From NCBI RefSeq assembly GCF_006345805.1, contig NC_043001.1:22878001-22942000 (forward strand): 64,000 nucleotides of DNA, given 5' to 3'. Shown here one piece after another: positions 36,771-49,847 of this stretch (its first letter is position 1; each line of letters begins with the position of its first letter). The notes beneath the pieces are model-generated. The model saw only the letters and a list, made by a program, of their open reading frames with translations, did not search any database and was not told the origin of the DNA. Both the position numbers and the translations under genes were made by a program. The stretch comes from Octopus sinensis (Eukaryota).

Positions 36771-37599
36771 GACGAGAATTAATGGAAGGTTTCCATACAG
36801 ACACGAAATAATAATAAACAGCGGTACAGGAAATATATATCAAAGAGTTAACTTTGTTTCGAAGAAAATTCTTTGTTGAACAAACAATAGAAGTATGGTT
36901 ATTATTCTACAAGAATTAACGTTTACATAAAATAATGAACACACACTTCTTGTTTGGCGAAACTCATGTGTTTTAATTACAGATTTAAGTTATTGTGCAT
37001 AACGATATGTATTGTTTTTAAACAAGAGAAAATACGAGAGCTGCATGTTAACTATTTGTGTCTGAAACAACAGATTAGCGTTGCCGTAGCATATTCTTCT
37101 CATTAAGAAATTTCTAAATAGGAATGCTTAACCAAGCAGAATTTTGCACGCCAAATCTTTAAGGTAGCTAATTACTCAAATGGCGTGATATTTTTTACAA
37201 GCTTCTTACGGCTTCTTGCATTGGCTTTGCAAATGTCGTGAGTTTTCCATTCTCTATTTCTTGAGCCTCGGGAATTATTGTTATGCCGCGTAAGTTCTCT
37301 GCTGTTTCTTTTAGCTTCCTTAAACTCAAGGAAACCAAGCGAAAATTCTGCTCCATTTGCCAAAACTGCTTCGGTTTTGGATTGGCGTTACGCCATGTAG
37401 AGTCATAGCAGCTTTCTTTTAGAATACTTCTTTTAATAAATGAATAAGATAAATATATGCTTAATAAAATATTCTAAAATATTCAGCCCAGCTTCCAAAC
37501 TATTATGTTAATAAACTCGTCGAAAACGTACTAATATATGTTTATATTATATTAGCTTTCATGTCAGGAGCCCTACTGAGATTAATAACAATAAAAGCT

Positions 37600-37830
37600 T
37601 GAACTCACGGCAGAAAGCAAATTATGTTCGACCCCACTTTCCACAAGAAGTTTATTTACAATGTTTAATATCCACCTATGGAGAAGTAGTTAACATCTTT
37701 GCTTCTTCTCTTGAATCTGACATCTTCGGTAAACCCTTTAACGGAAATTAGCTCAATTAAGGATACATTCTGTTTGGAAATCATAGATTTTTGGCTCAAG
37801 TTCCAGCATTACTTTCTGTACAGTAAGTAG
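37600..37830 (+). pseudogene. Possible L1/Tx1-type ORF1 remnant
   Basis: PHFPQEVYLQCLISTYGEVVNIF...FNG...GYILFGNHRF resembles the Tx1-type ORF1 pattern (P.E.....L..YG.V..I...P.YI.FG..R); contains stops; judged by eye only. Confidence 0.3.
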
Positions 37831-38346
37831 TCTCAGATTTATATTTTTATTTTAGAAATTCCCCTATGTCATATGATATAAACACTATGTTGCCAAAATT
37901 ACGGTACTTATTTTTCCAGAGTAGGTTAATCAAACAAAAAATACGAAAAAGACCTGCAAAACAGAAGGAATTTCTCATCTAAGGACGAAATATTAGCATG
38001 GAACTTAATATACCTGTAAAGGTGATACATATGTCTACGATCCAACGGAAGAGTGTGTGTATGGTGGTTCAATTTGCTTGAAGTAACAGCCAAGTCTCTC
38101 CGAAATTAGAGCTTACTGTCTTAAAAATGGAAGGACTTACTGGTAATGTTACAAAAGCTATGACTGAGAAGAAAAGAGAGAATTGTTGCTCCTTGAAAGC
38201 TTTTAATTATAGAGATTATCTGGGCTAAACAACATGTATACTGAGGATTTATTACAACACAAATACACACAGACACATGTACATACATATAAATACTTTC
38301 AAAAAACGCACATATATATATACATACACCTCCCACACATATATAT

Positions 38347-38380
<34 letters not shown>

Positions 38381-38416
38381 ATACTTATTTATATATATGT
38401 GTATATACATACATAT

Positions 38417-38472
<56 letters not shown>

Positions 38473-38504
38473 CATACACACACACACACATATATTACAG
38501 TCCT

Positions 38505-38796
38505 ATATCTAAGAAATGAGGAATTATGTACATTATTTACATTATTTACATTTGACGGATATTTGTCCTCATCTTGTTTGTTGTTAACACAACGTTTCGG
38601 CTGATATACCCTCCAGCCTTCATCAGGTGTCTTGGGGAAATTTCGAATCTGAGTTCTCATTCCTAAGGTATCTTTCGATGTTGTTGTTGTTGCTGCTCTT
38701 CTTCTTCTTCTTCTTGTTATTAGTCAGGTCTGCCGGAATCGAACTCAGAATCTTGAGGTTAGTAGCCCGCGCTCTTAACCACTATGCCATATGTCC
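38505..38796 (-). mobile_element. tRNA-headed short element with a Penelope-like, hammerhead-bearing tail
   Basis: Reverse complement: A box TGGCATAGTGG, B box GAGTTCGATTC, trinucleotide linker, hammerhead, then an (AAATAATGT)n end; flanked by TA/CA microsatellite. Confidence 0.7.
38586..38631 (-). ncRNA. Minimal type I hammerhead ribozyme (predicted)
   Basis: GACAC-CUGAUGA-A-GGCUG(gagggtatat)CAGCC-GAAAC-GUU-GUGUU. Stem I GACAC/GUGUU, stem II GGCUG/CAGCC, self-complementary ACGU stem III, predicted GUU cleavage between 38591 and 38590. Confidence 0.7.
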
Positions 38797-38915
38797 ATAT
38801 ACATACACATACATTCATACATACATATATATATATGTATGTAAGTATGTAAGTATTTATGTATGTATGTATGTATGTATGTATGTATGTATGTATGTAT
38901 GTTTGTATATACATA

Positions 38916-38946
<31 letters not shown>

Positions 38947-38984
38947 GTATACATACACCCCCCCCCACACACACACAAATACAC

Positions 38985-39690
38985 TACGTGGCACATTGGG
39001 CAAGTGTCTTCTACAACAGCCTCGGGCCGACCAAAGCCTTGTGAGTGGATTTGGTTGACGGAAACTGAAAGAAGCCCGTCGTATATATGTATATATATAT
39101 ATGTATGTGTGTATATACACATACATATATAATATATACATATATACGACGGGCTTCTTATATATATATGTATGTGTGTGTGAAGGCGCATGGCTCAGTG
39201 GTTTGAGCGTCGAGCTTACGATCGTGAAGTTGTGAGCTCGAATCCCGGACCGGGCTGCGTGCTGTGTTCTTGAGCAAGACACTTTATTTCACGTTGCTCC
39301 AGTTTACTTAGCTGTAGAAATGAGTTGCAACGTCACAGGTTCCAAACTGTATCTGCTGTTGCCTTTCCCTTGGATAACATCAGTGGCGTGGTGAGGGGAG
39401 GCCGGTATGCATAGGCGACTGTTGGTCTTCCATAAACAACCTGTCGTGATCGAAGGGGTCTCAGAATCAATGTGTGTATATTCTTGTGTGTCTGTGTTTG
39501 TGCCCCCAATATCGCTTGACAGCCGATACTGGTGTGTTTATGTCCCCGTAACTTAGCGGTTCGGTAAAAGAGACCGATAGAATAAGTACTAGGCTTACAA
39601 AGAATAAGTCCTGGGGTCGATTTGCTCGACTAAAAGCGGTGCTCCAGCATGGCCACAGTCAAATGACTGAAACAAATAAAAGAAGTAAAA
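38985..39690 (+). mobile_element. SINE family B copy (38985-39090 plus 39470-39690) with a family D SINE (39185-39460) in its microsatellite linker
   Basis: The family B 5' and 3' halves are colinear on either side of the insert. Confidence 0.8.
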
Positions 39691-39918
39691 AAAAAAGAAG
39701 TCCCCCGTGCATTGCTTTGCCCAGGGGGCCTATCACGCTATTGAAACGTCTCTGCTTCTATGCTGGTAGCCATGCGCGTAATTGATAATCAATATATTCT
39801 CTTTTTACTTATGAGACTGCTATTTATTTTATCGATTCTTTCGGAATTAAAACAAAATCAATTTCAACGTCATTCGAAGTAGGAAACGTGAAGAATCGGC
39901 TTAACATTTTAGCATTAT

Positions 39919-40312
39919 ACTAGCAGTATCGCCCGGCGTTGCTCGGGTTTGTTTTGACCCTTTAGAATTTGAATTTTTGAAAAGTAAAACTTTTGCATTA
40001 TTTAGCTTGTTATTCGCTTTAAGTGAACATTTTTCTGGTTGAAATACACTGAAAACTGGCGACACAACAGTCAAAAAATCGTGAAAAATAGGGATTTTCA
40101 TAGAAAAAAAAAGCACCTTTTTGATGTTAATAATTTTTGGTGTTAACATGGTCCGATTTGAATTTTCTCTTCTACGGAAGGAAGAGCAAACCTTCTTCTA
40201 TCATACTCTCAATTTTGGTCAACTTGTGCCGTATGGTCTCGGAGGAGATAGTGTTAGTTGAAGGCTACCAAACCTGCCATACACAGACGACTTCAGCTTT
40301 GTATATAGAGAG
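39919..40312 (+). mobile_element. Helitron/Helentron-like non-autonomous element
   Basis: Starts ACTAGCAGTATCGCCCGGCGTTGCTCGGG (subterminal hairpin CCCGG...TCGGG) and ends CAGACGACTTCAGCTTTGTATATAGAGAT, the end style of HINE/DINE-1-like elements. Confidence 0.6.
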
Positions 40313-40694
40313 ATTATAAAATGCTCATCTTCGACTGATGACAACTACGTTTCTGTTATGAATTATGTTTCTTCAATCATATCTCCAGAATAGGTAAAGT
40401 AAAAGAAAGCGCTGTTGAAAGTCAATTAATTGGGGGTGGGGCGGAAATTAATCATTAGATTACATCACGTGGACGTGAGCGGGCAGAATCGTTACCTCGC
40501 CGGACAAAATGCTTAGCAGCATTTCTTCCAGCATTACTTGTGAATTTAGCCGAGATCAGCTTTATCTTTCATTCTTTTTAGAGATCGATAAAATAAATAC
40601 CTGTCAAATGCTGGGGTCGATGTAATCAGTTAATCATCGACTATTATTAGTTGAAACTATTCTTCTTCTTCTTCTCTTCTTCTTCTTCTTACTA

Positions 40695-40915
40695 TTACGA
40701 CGGCGAGCTGGCAGAAACGTTAGCACGCCGGGCGAAACGCTTAGGGGTATTTCGTCCGCCGCTGCGTTCTGAGTTCAAAGTTCCGCCGACGTCGACTTTG
40801 CTTTTCATTCATTCGGGGTCGATAAATTAAGTACCAGTCAAGTACTGGGGTCGATGTAATCGACTTACCCCCTCCCTCAAAATTTCAGGACTTGTGCCTT
40901 TAGTAGAAAAGATTA
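40695..40915 (+). mobile_element. SINE family A, full length
   Basis: GGCGAGCTGGCAGAAACGTTAGCACGCCGGGCG... through the tail. Confidence 0.85.
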
Positions 40916-40971
40916 TTATTTTTGTGAAGAGTTACGTCAAACCTTTTAAAATATTATTATTATTATTATTA

Positions 40972-41010
<39 letters not shown>

Positions 41011-41029
41011 TATTATTATTATTATTATT

Positions 41030-41585
41030 ATTGAGTGAGAGAGCAGTGCATGCCATCAAAGTGAAACTGGGGTAAAATATACGAAGCCCAGTATACCCAT
41101 CATGACTACACGTCTGATAAGGGTACACTAGGCACATGCATCCCAACCTTGTGTGCGCGACATGGTGATCTCATATCAAGATAAACAGCACATGACCTTG
41201 CAGGTGGGGCCCAGTTAGAATTTTCTTCTGAACGAGTAACCCATCCCGCTCAAAAGATCCCTGAATAAGGGTTGTTTAAGGATGTTGGACGAAACACCCA
41301 TGTTTCCAGAGGTGAATTATTCAAACCCCAAAGAACTCCTCTCAACACATGGCTATGATGCTCCCCCACTACTTCTGCTCGTGATCAGAGATGCACATAT
41401 CGTCAGCCACTAAGGGCCATGCTCAACTGGTTAAGGTCAAACAACTGACAAGCAAATCTGTGGTATTGAGTAGAATATTTGCTGTAGCCCATCTTTTATA
41501 CCAAGACAAAACAATGTACATGATAACACTTCCAATCAGTCAAGATCAGAAGCCATGAGAACCACTGTCTGGTACTGCATCAGGA
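41030..41585 (-). mobile_element. About-550-bp non-coding retroelement family, apparently full length, between (TAA)n runs
   Basis: Reverse complement starts CCTGATGCAGTACCAG and ends CTCTCTCACTC(AAT)n. Confidence 0.8.
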
Positions 41586-41704
41586 ATTATTATTATTATT
41601 ATCATCATCATCATCATTATCATCGTCGTCGTCGTCGCCGTCGTCGTTGTCATCGTCGCCGTCATCATCATCATCATCATCATTATTATTATTATTATTA
41701 TTAT

Positions 41705-43135
41705 TAAGTCGGCGAGCTGGCAGAGTCGTTAGACGCCATGCAAAATGCTTAGCGGCATTTCGTCTGTCTACGTTCTGAGTTCAAATTCCGTGGAGGTCGA
41801 CTTCGCCTTTCATCCTTTTGAGGTCGATAAAATAAATACAAGTTGAACACTAGGGTCGATGTAATCGACTAGTCCTTTTCCCAAAATTTCAGGCCTTGTG
41901 CTGATAACAGAAGGGATTATTATTAGTTGTTGTTTTTATTTATTTGATGAAAACTCTCAGCTTATTTTCCTGGGTATGATGGAAAGTGTCAGCTGTCCAC
42001 AGTCAGCAGACTAAGGTGATACTTGTTTACTGATCATGCTTCGAGAACCCTGCGGCAGAATCGTGTAGTACGAAGCAATGATGGTTTTTGTAGGTGTTCT
42101 ATCTTTACATTTCTACCAATCTTTTCAGCCATTTTGGTAATTGAGTACTGATACTTCCAAGCGCGCTAATTTCTATTTATATCACGTCCACTCTCTTCGT
42201 TGCTCACTAGCTGCGTATTTCCCACTTCAAATCGTCATAGTTGTTTATTTTTCTTCATTGTCTTTGATCCTGTTGCTACTGGGACATGCTATGTCGATTA
42301 TCGTGAAATTTTTTTCTTTTTTTGTTCATCACAACTATGTCATTATTATCATTATTAATAAGGCGGCGAGTCGGCAGAATCGTCAGCACGTCGAGCAAAA
42401 ATGCTATGTGGCATTTCGCCCATCCTCTGAGTTCAAATTCCACCGAGGTCGACTTTGCCTTTCATCCTTTCGAGATCGATAAAATAAGTACCAGTTAAAC
42501 ACTAATCGATTTCTCCCTCCTCTGAAATTACTGGCCTGGTGCCAAAATTTGAAACCATTATCATTATTACTAAGGTGGCGAATTTGCAGAAGCGTTAGCA
42601 CGCCAGATAAAATGTTTAGCAGCATTTCGATTGTTATTCCGTTCTGAGTTCAAATTCCACTGAGCTCGACTTTCAACTTTCTTTCGGGGTCAATAGTATA
42701 AGTACCAGTTGAGCACTGGGGTCGTTGTAATCGACTCACCCGCTTCCCCAAAATTGTTGGCTAAAAATTTGAAACCATTATAATGCCCTGATGCAGTACC
42801 AGACAGTGGCTCTCATGGCTTCTGATCTTAACTGTTTGAAAGTGTTATCATGTCATTGTTTTGTCTTGGTATAAAAGACGGGCTACAACAAATATTCTGC
42901 TCAATACCACAGATTTGCTTGTCAATTGTTTGACCGTAACCAGTTGAGCATGTTCCTTAGTGGCTGACGATATGTGCATCTCTGATCATGAGCAGAAGTA
43001 GTGGGGGAGCATCATAGCCGTGTGTTCAAATTCCACTGAGGTCAATTTTCAACTTTCTTTCGGGGTCAATTGAGCACTGGGGTCGTTGTAATCGACTCAT
43101 CCATTCCCCAAAATTGTTGGCCAAACATTTGAAAC

Positions 43136-43140
<5 letters not shown>
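41705..43140 (+). mobile_element. Co-oriented cluster of SINE family A copies with a 5' fragment of the 550-bp family (42784-43025)
   Basis: Family A cores at 41705, 42360, 42570 and 43025, separated by (ATT)n. Confidence 0.8.
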
Positions 43141-43189
<49 letters not shown>

Positions 43190-44006
43190 CAATGGATATC
43201 ATATGTTGCTGTATGTTATATTTCCTCTTCAGGTTAACTATCAAGTCGTACAAAGCGGTATCATGTAGAAAGTACCTTGCTAAGAATACACTGTTTGAAA
43301 GAGGGTGGGTTATTATAGCACTCACATGCCTGGTTTGGTTTCCGGGTAGTGTGATTTGGTGGGTGGGTGGGGGTCATGTAGGGGCACACATTAATCAGAA
43401 CAAGTCAATGCGGCTGCAAATCAGTATCCGCTGGTACAAATCCATCAATATCATTGGTAATGTCATTTGTCACCTGACCAGAAGTCCGGTTACGATACTT
43501 GGGATCCTTATTCGGCCCATGTCTCAAGTGGATAGGAACTGGAATATAGGATCTGATCTTGGAGGTGGAGCAGATTGCCTAGGGACACCTACTGCATAAA
43601 AGTTTAATAGTAAAAATGACACTAACATATGTTATGTAGGAATCCAAGAAATTTTAATAAATTCACTAAAATTCCACCTTTAGGGATGAGAACAGTTATT
43701 TTACTATTATGTTTTTATGCAGCAGACGTACCAAGGTAATTTCTTCTCACTCCCACTTAGTTCTTCCTTAAGTCATGTCACTTAGTATCCATTCACGAAA
43801 AATTTGTATCTCTTTTGTCAATCTAAGATATTGCAATCGCTGATGAGGTCTAATAAATGCGGAAACATGTTCGGAATAGTCTGACTTAACCCTTCGCTTC
43901 ATTCCATATTTGACTGTTTATAATTAATGAAAATATGCGATCGTCTCCCCGACCTTATACATACATACATACATACATACATACATACATACATGCATGC
44001 ATACAT

Positions 44007-44037
<31 letters not shown>

Positions 44038-44039
44038 TA

Positions 44040-45225
44040 CAGGGTGTGATGAGTAAATTGTCGCCATTGTATATTTTTATTTCGCGCATGCGCATTGTTT
44101 AATTTTGTCGACTACACAGTATAGTAGGATCACTCTGCCAGAAATTTGGAAACGACATGCTGTACTGCTAGGCATTCGCTCCGGAAGCTCCAGTATGAAC
44201 ATTTCAGAGTGTTTGGGAGGACAGTGCAGAGGATTCGGAAAGAGTTGGATGAGTCTCGTGGTGATTACGATGGTACGACAGCTCAAAACTCACTCTGATC
44301 GTTCTGATAAGAAAAGAACTCCTGAATTTGTTGGTGAGATCCAGACCATGATTGATAACGATCCCTCCAAGTCAATCAGGTCCATTGCCAGGGACATGGG
44401 AATGTCTGAACTTCTTATCAGGCAGGTAGTGCATGAAGACATTTGGTATTCTTTATGCAAGATGAGAAAGGGCCAATTTTTATCCCAAGCCATCAGAGAC
44501 AAGAGGAAAGACCACGCTACGAAGCTTTTGGACAAACTTAAACAACTCCTTCAACCAACCTGCTTTGGGTTTTCTCAGACGAGAAAAAAAAATCTGCCAG
44601 GATCAAATGGTGAACACATAGAACAACTGTTGGCTTGCCGTGTCCCCAAAACATGTTGTGATAAAAATCAAACATCCAGTCAACATCATAGTGTTTGGAG
44701 TAATCACTAGTGATGGCGACGTTATGCCTCCTACACGGCCTCACACTCAACACGGAGGCCTACATCAAATGCCTGGAGGAAGTATTGCTGCACTGGGTGA
44801 AGAGGGTGGCTGCTGGAAGACCCTGTGTCTCACAACAGCACTCTGCACCATGCCACACAAGCAAGAGAACCCAGTCATGGCCATCTGGCCACCTAAATCC
44901 CCAGACTGCAACCCCCTTGATTATGTGTGGGGCGCAGTTGAGTGAGAGACCAATAAAACTCCTTGTAAAACCAAAGATGAACAGAAGGCAAGGCTTATGG
45001 TAGCATTCACCAACTTAAACAAGGAGACCGTCCAGAAGAGTTGCGGGAGATTCTGAAATCGCTTAGAGGGCGTAGTTGAAGCTTATGGCGATTTTATCGA
45101 ATAAATTTACTCTTTATTATTTCAAGACAGTTTTATGTAATTTTGGTAAATATATCTGTTAAAATGAGATCTCAGTGTTATTTTCAATTTTGCATGATTT
45201 AGACGACAATTTATTCGCCGCACCC

Positions 45226-45227
<2 letters not shown>
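44040..45227 (+). mobile_element. Near-full-length Tc1/mariner element (maT/DD37D-like), frameshifted transposase, TA TSD
   Basis: TA|CAGGGTGTGATGAGTAAATTGTCG ... CGACAATTTATTCGCCGCACCCTG|TA. Translates to KKRTPEFV...DPSKSIRSIARDM, FS(D)EK, KHPVNIIVFGVITSDG, QQHSAPCHTS and WPPKSPDCNPLDY. The subfamily call is inference. Confidence 0.9.
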
Positions 45228-45267
<40 letters not shown>

Positions 45268-45408
45268 TATAAATTAGAGACAAAACCACTATTATGCAAC
45301 TCAAACAGTGATAGACATAACCAAAACATAAATAACAAATATATATTTTTATAAAACATATAACGAGATCTCAAATAGTATAAAAATGAATGATCAATAT
45401 ATAATAGG

Positions 45409-45485
<77 letters not shown>

Positions 45486-45539
45486 TATGTGTGTGTGTGT
45501 GTGTGTAGGTGTGTGTGTGTGTATTTTGTTGTCCTCAAT

Positions 45540-45740
45540 ATATTATATATCAAGTCCTCAATCACTCAGAAATGCCAAGCATTGAAGCTGCCATCCTCAA
45601 GCATCCCATCAGGTGGTCAGAATATGTCATCCCCGAATGGTCCCTTCAAGACTCCCGCGGACCATGCTCTACAGCCAGCAAAAAACCATGGAGGAGCCCC
45701 AAAACGCAGATTCAAAGACCAACTGGAGCCTTCCTTCCTT
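45540..45740 (+). mobile_element. RTE/Bov-B-like LINE C-terminal fragment
   Basis: MPSIEAAILKHPIRWSEYVI and GGAPKRRFKDQLE. Confidence 0.7.
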
Positions 45741-46251
45741 CAAGTAATTTAGATAATAATTGTTACCATCATTGAGAGCAGAATTTTGATAAATTAATTT
45801 TTTTTAGCTTCTAATACATCAACTTGGCTAACGCCCATTTCACTACTATGGTATAAATAGATTTTCTTACAAATAGATATTCTTAACAAATCTTGAAATA
45901 AACGTAGCTAGTGCTTTATGGCTTGTTACAGTAGTCAACGTATTACAGATTATTGGTGTGGCAGTGTAGTATTATGAAGAACTGTGGAAAATAGTTTACA
46001 GTTGGTTGCTGTCACAAGTTGTTTAGCTTCCCAAGATACACACACACACACGCACACACACACACACACGTACGCACACACACATACATATACGAGAAAA
46101 ATACTGTAAATAAACAGTTTATTGAGAAAAATAGAATAGAAGAAATCCAAATCAAAAGAGCGTTGAAGAATCAAAGCAATGAAATATTGAATAGCGTCCA
46201 AGAATATATAAGAATACACAGACAGACAGACACACACACACACACACACAC

Positions 46252-46305
<54 letters not shown>

Positions 46306-46811
46306 TATATATATAAATGTAAGTATTTATATGTGTGTGTGTGAATATACTTATCTAAAGTGAAAAGAATAAAATAGAGAAATAAATGAAAATAACTGAG
46401 AATAATTTCACAGAATGTCTTTGAAAAATCTTTGAGGATATAAGAAACATTCTAAGTGAATGCGTGTGTTCTCGTTCTTGTGCTTGTGTGTGTAAGTGTG
46501 TGTGTGTGTGTGTGTGTAAGTGAATGTTTGAGTGAGTGTGTACCTGTGTCTTTGTATGTATGTTTGTTTGTGTGTGTGTGAACATGTGCTTGTGTGTACG
46601 TGTGTCTTTGAATGTGTGTGTATGTTTCTCTGTGTGTTTTGTGTGTATGTGTGTGTGTGTGTGTGTGTGTGTAAGTGAATGTTTGAGTGAGTGTGTGAAT
46701 GAGTATGTACCTGTGTCTTTGTATGTATGTTTGTTTGTGTGTGTGTGAACATGTTTGTGTGTACGTGTGTCTTTATATGTGTGTATGTTTCTCTGTGTAT
46801 TTTGTGTGTGT

Positions 46812-46860
<49 letters not shown>

Positions 46861-47307
46861 ACGTGCGTGTGCGTGTATTTGCATTTTCCCAAGACGTACT
46901 CTTTGCCTTTCGTTACTGAATGGAGAACCGCTTCTTGTTTTCGCCGAATTTCTTTCTATTTCGTTTTCGTCTTTGATGTTACGGTTTTAATTTACATTTA
47001 TTACGTTAGGTGGTTCTCTACGTAATTGGAAATAACATCCAAATTTCTCTAGACTAAACTAATGCTCGATTATTTTCTTGCTATCACTTTTCTACGTTCA
47101 TCCCTCCAATAATTTCCGTTATTTTCGTCTTCTTGTTTGTAGTTTACCTTTTCTCTTCATCGAGGACCGCGCGGTATGCAAACTCTTCGACTGCCGTTCA
47201 TTATGGTAGTCAAATATCTCAAAACTTCAAGATCATACAACTAGAACTAAGATACAAATCAGAAATATTTCATTTGTTCACGGATCGCTTGACCGTGTTA
47301 CAAAGAA

Positions 47308-47389
<82 letters not shown>

Positions 47390-47689
47390 GCTTTTGATCA
47401 AATGACTTAGTAAAATCTCAGATCTATGTAGCATGCAAAATTACTTTAGTGTTAATTAAGGAAAATATCAGTATTATCATTAACTGAATGGTGAAGGAAC
47501 AGGAGCTGTAGAATGGCAAAACATAATTAGTTTCGTCCCGTTTTCATGCCGAATAAGAAGCGGGGGAAAAAAAAACGAAAAACCAATTTCATCGCAAAAA
47601 TGACACGGAAAAAAATTTTTGCTGGAAGTTCTATCTCCAGCCGACAGTAAAAAACACGCACGAGAATGCGCGCACACACACGTACACAT

Positions 47690-47926
47690 ACCTATTTCTT
47701 TACTACCCACAAGGGGTTAAACACAGAGAGGACAAACAAGGACAGACAAACGGATTAAGTCGATTATATCGACCCCAGTGCGTAACTGGTACTTAATTTA
47801 TCGACCCCGAAAGGATGAAAGGCAAATTCGATCTCGGCGGAATTTGAACTCAGAACGTAATGGCAGACGATATACGGCTAAGCATTTTGCCCAGCGTGCT
47901 AACGTTTCTGCCAGCTCGCCGCCTTC
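47690..47926 (-). mobile_element. SINE family A, full length
   Basis: Reverse complement matches the family A consensus end to end. Confidence 0.9.
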
Positions 47927-48764
47927 CACAGACATACACATACGTACACGTACACACACGTACACGTACACACACGTACACGTAAAGACACACATACACA
48001 CACACATGCACACGTGCGTACAGACGAACTTATATACAGCAAAGCAATTATGTTAGTGAAAGCTTTAACCCCCGTTCTATTCTAAGACACAGGAACACAC
48101 ACATACGCATACGCACATACACACACATACGCATACGCACATACACACACATGCTCACACCAGTACACATGCACGCATGCGCACACGCGCGTCCGTCGAG
48201 TTGGTCTGTTGTAGAAATTTGATCAACAAGAATAATTTCGTTCGATGGTGCTTGAATTCGACGGAGAAGTGTTATAAAAAGATTAAATAAATAATGATTC
48301 TGCTTTGGGCTGGGAACTCAGCCAAATTCTGTAGGAGAATGCAACAGACGGTTGACTTAACTTAATATACGACTGGAACTTCTTTGATCGTCCACCTGAG
48401 AAAATGAAATGCGGAATCGCATCCGATGGGATTTGCAATCAAATCAAAAACGGTTACTACACTAGGCACGATAAAGTATATTGTCTGATATATTTTGTCC
48501 TTGTGTTCCTAGTCATTAATAACAGACAAAATAGATAAAGGTAGGATAGTGTACGTAGATATGAAAGTAAAGGTAAGACGTTGAGCTAAAATGTTCATCG
48601 AATTGTTAGGCAATTTGAAAGTTAATCGTGTCTATAAGGCGTAGGCTTTTAAGTAACTTGGATCGTTTATCTTTCAAAATTGTATGATCATTTCAAAACT
48701 GACTGTTGGCAAGATATATCTTACAAAGATATATCATGTAAAATGCAGTTATATAATACTCTGT

Positions 48765-48925
48765 CTCTGTCTCTCTGTTTGTCTGCTTCTATCTGTCTGC
48801 CTGTCTGTTTGTATGTCAGCCTGTCTGCTTCTATCTGTCTGCCTGTCTGTTTGTATGTCTGTCTGTCTCTTTTTCTCATTGTATCGCTGTCTCTGTCTCT
48901 CTTTCTGTCTACATGTTTGTCTGTC

Positions 48926-48967
<42 letters not shown>

Positions 48968-49191
48968 TCTATCTCTCTGTCTCCCGTTTCCCTGCTTCAG
49001 TCTGTCTGTCGTCTGCCAGTCTTTCTTCTCATTGCATCTCTGTCTCTCTTTCGTCTGTTTGTCTCTCTCTGAATGTCTGTCTGTCTGTCTCTCTCTGAAT
49101 GTCTGTCTCTCTATGAATTTCTGTCTCTCTCTCTGTCTCCCGTCTCCCTGCTTCAGTCTGTCTGTCAGTCTCTCCCTTTCTCTCCCTCTTC

Positions 49192-49225
<34 letters not shown>
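48765..49225. repeat. CT-rich (TGTC/TC)n low-complexity tract
   Basis: Direct reading. Confidence 0.9.
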
Positions 49226-49714
49226 CTGATATACTGTTGGGGGTGAGAAAAAAAGCCTGATTAGAAATACTAATACCTGTACGAAATACTTCGAAGTATT
49301 TGCGAAAAGGACTAAATCAGAATGCGACCAATATAAACAAACTGCTTCTTTCCTCTTCTCACCCAGGTGTTCATCCTTGGAATTGACAGTGAGATATAAC
49401 AGCTTTGACATTTTACAAATCTGTGCATCATTAGGGTGGAGCTAACCTAACAATTTATTTCCTCTTGTCTAATACAGTCTCTGTATTAGTTTACTCATTG
49501 TCGTCTTGGTAAGATTGCAGTATTTTCATATACAGCTACATCCAACGTCAGATAAAGTAATTACTTTCTCTGATATAATGCATGTGTAGATAAGAAACGC
49601 TGCAACAACGCATTTATATCGCTTGCTGCAATCTTTGTTGTATTAATAAATTGTAAAACGATGATGTATCACAAATGATGCAACGTTTTTTATCCTTAAC
49701 ATAACTGTTGATAG

Positions 49715-49715
49715 A

Positions 49716-49799
<84 letters not shown>

Positions 49800-49812
49800 G
49801 TATATATATATA

Positions 49813-49847
<35 letters not shown>

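Noticed and set aside
42885-42997. HDV-ribozyme-like order of pairings in the 550-bp family (P1-like, TTCTGCTC/GAGCAGAA, AAT-ACCACAG-ATT)
   Set aside because: G1, the U at the start of L3, the GG for P1.1 and a proper J4/2 are missing, P1 is bulged, and the fold starts about 100 nt inside the element; only a covariance search on the consensus could rescue it.
43114-43599. 161-aa ORF with a possible acceptor at 43211
   Set aside because: It starts in a SINE and (TTA)n, shows no recognisable domain in any frame, and has an implausible composition.
46460-46880. Two-copy, about 160-bp GT-rich unit
   Set aside because: Slippage duplication within low-complexity sequence.
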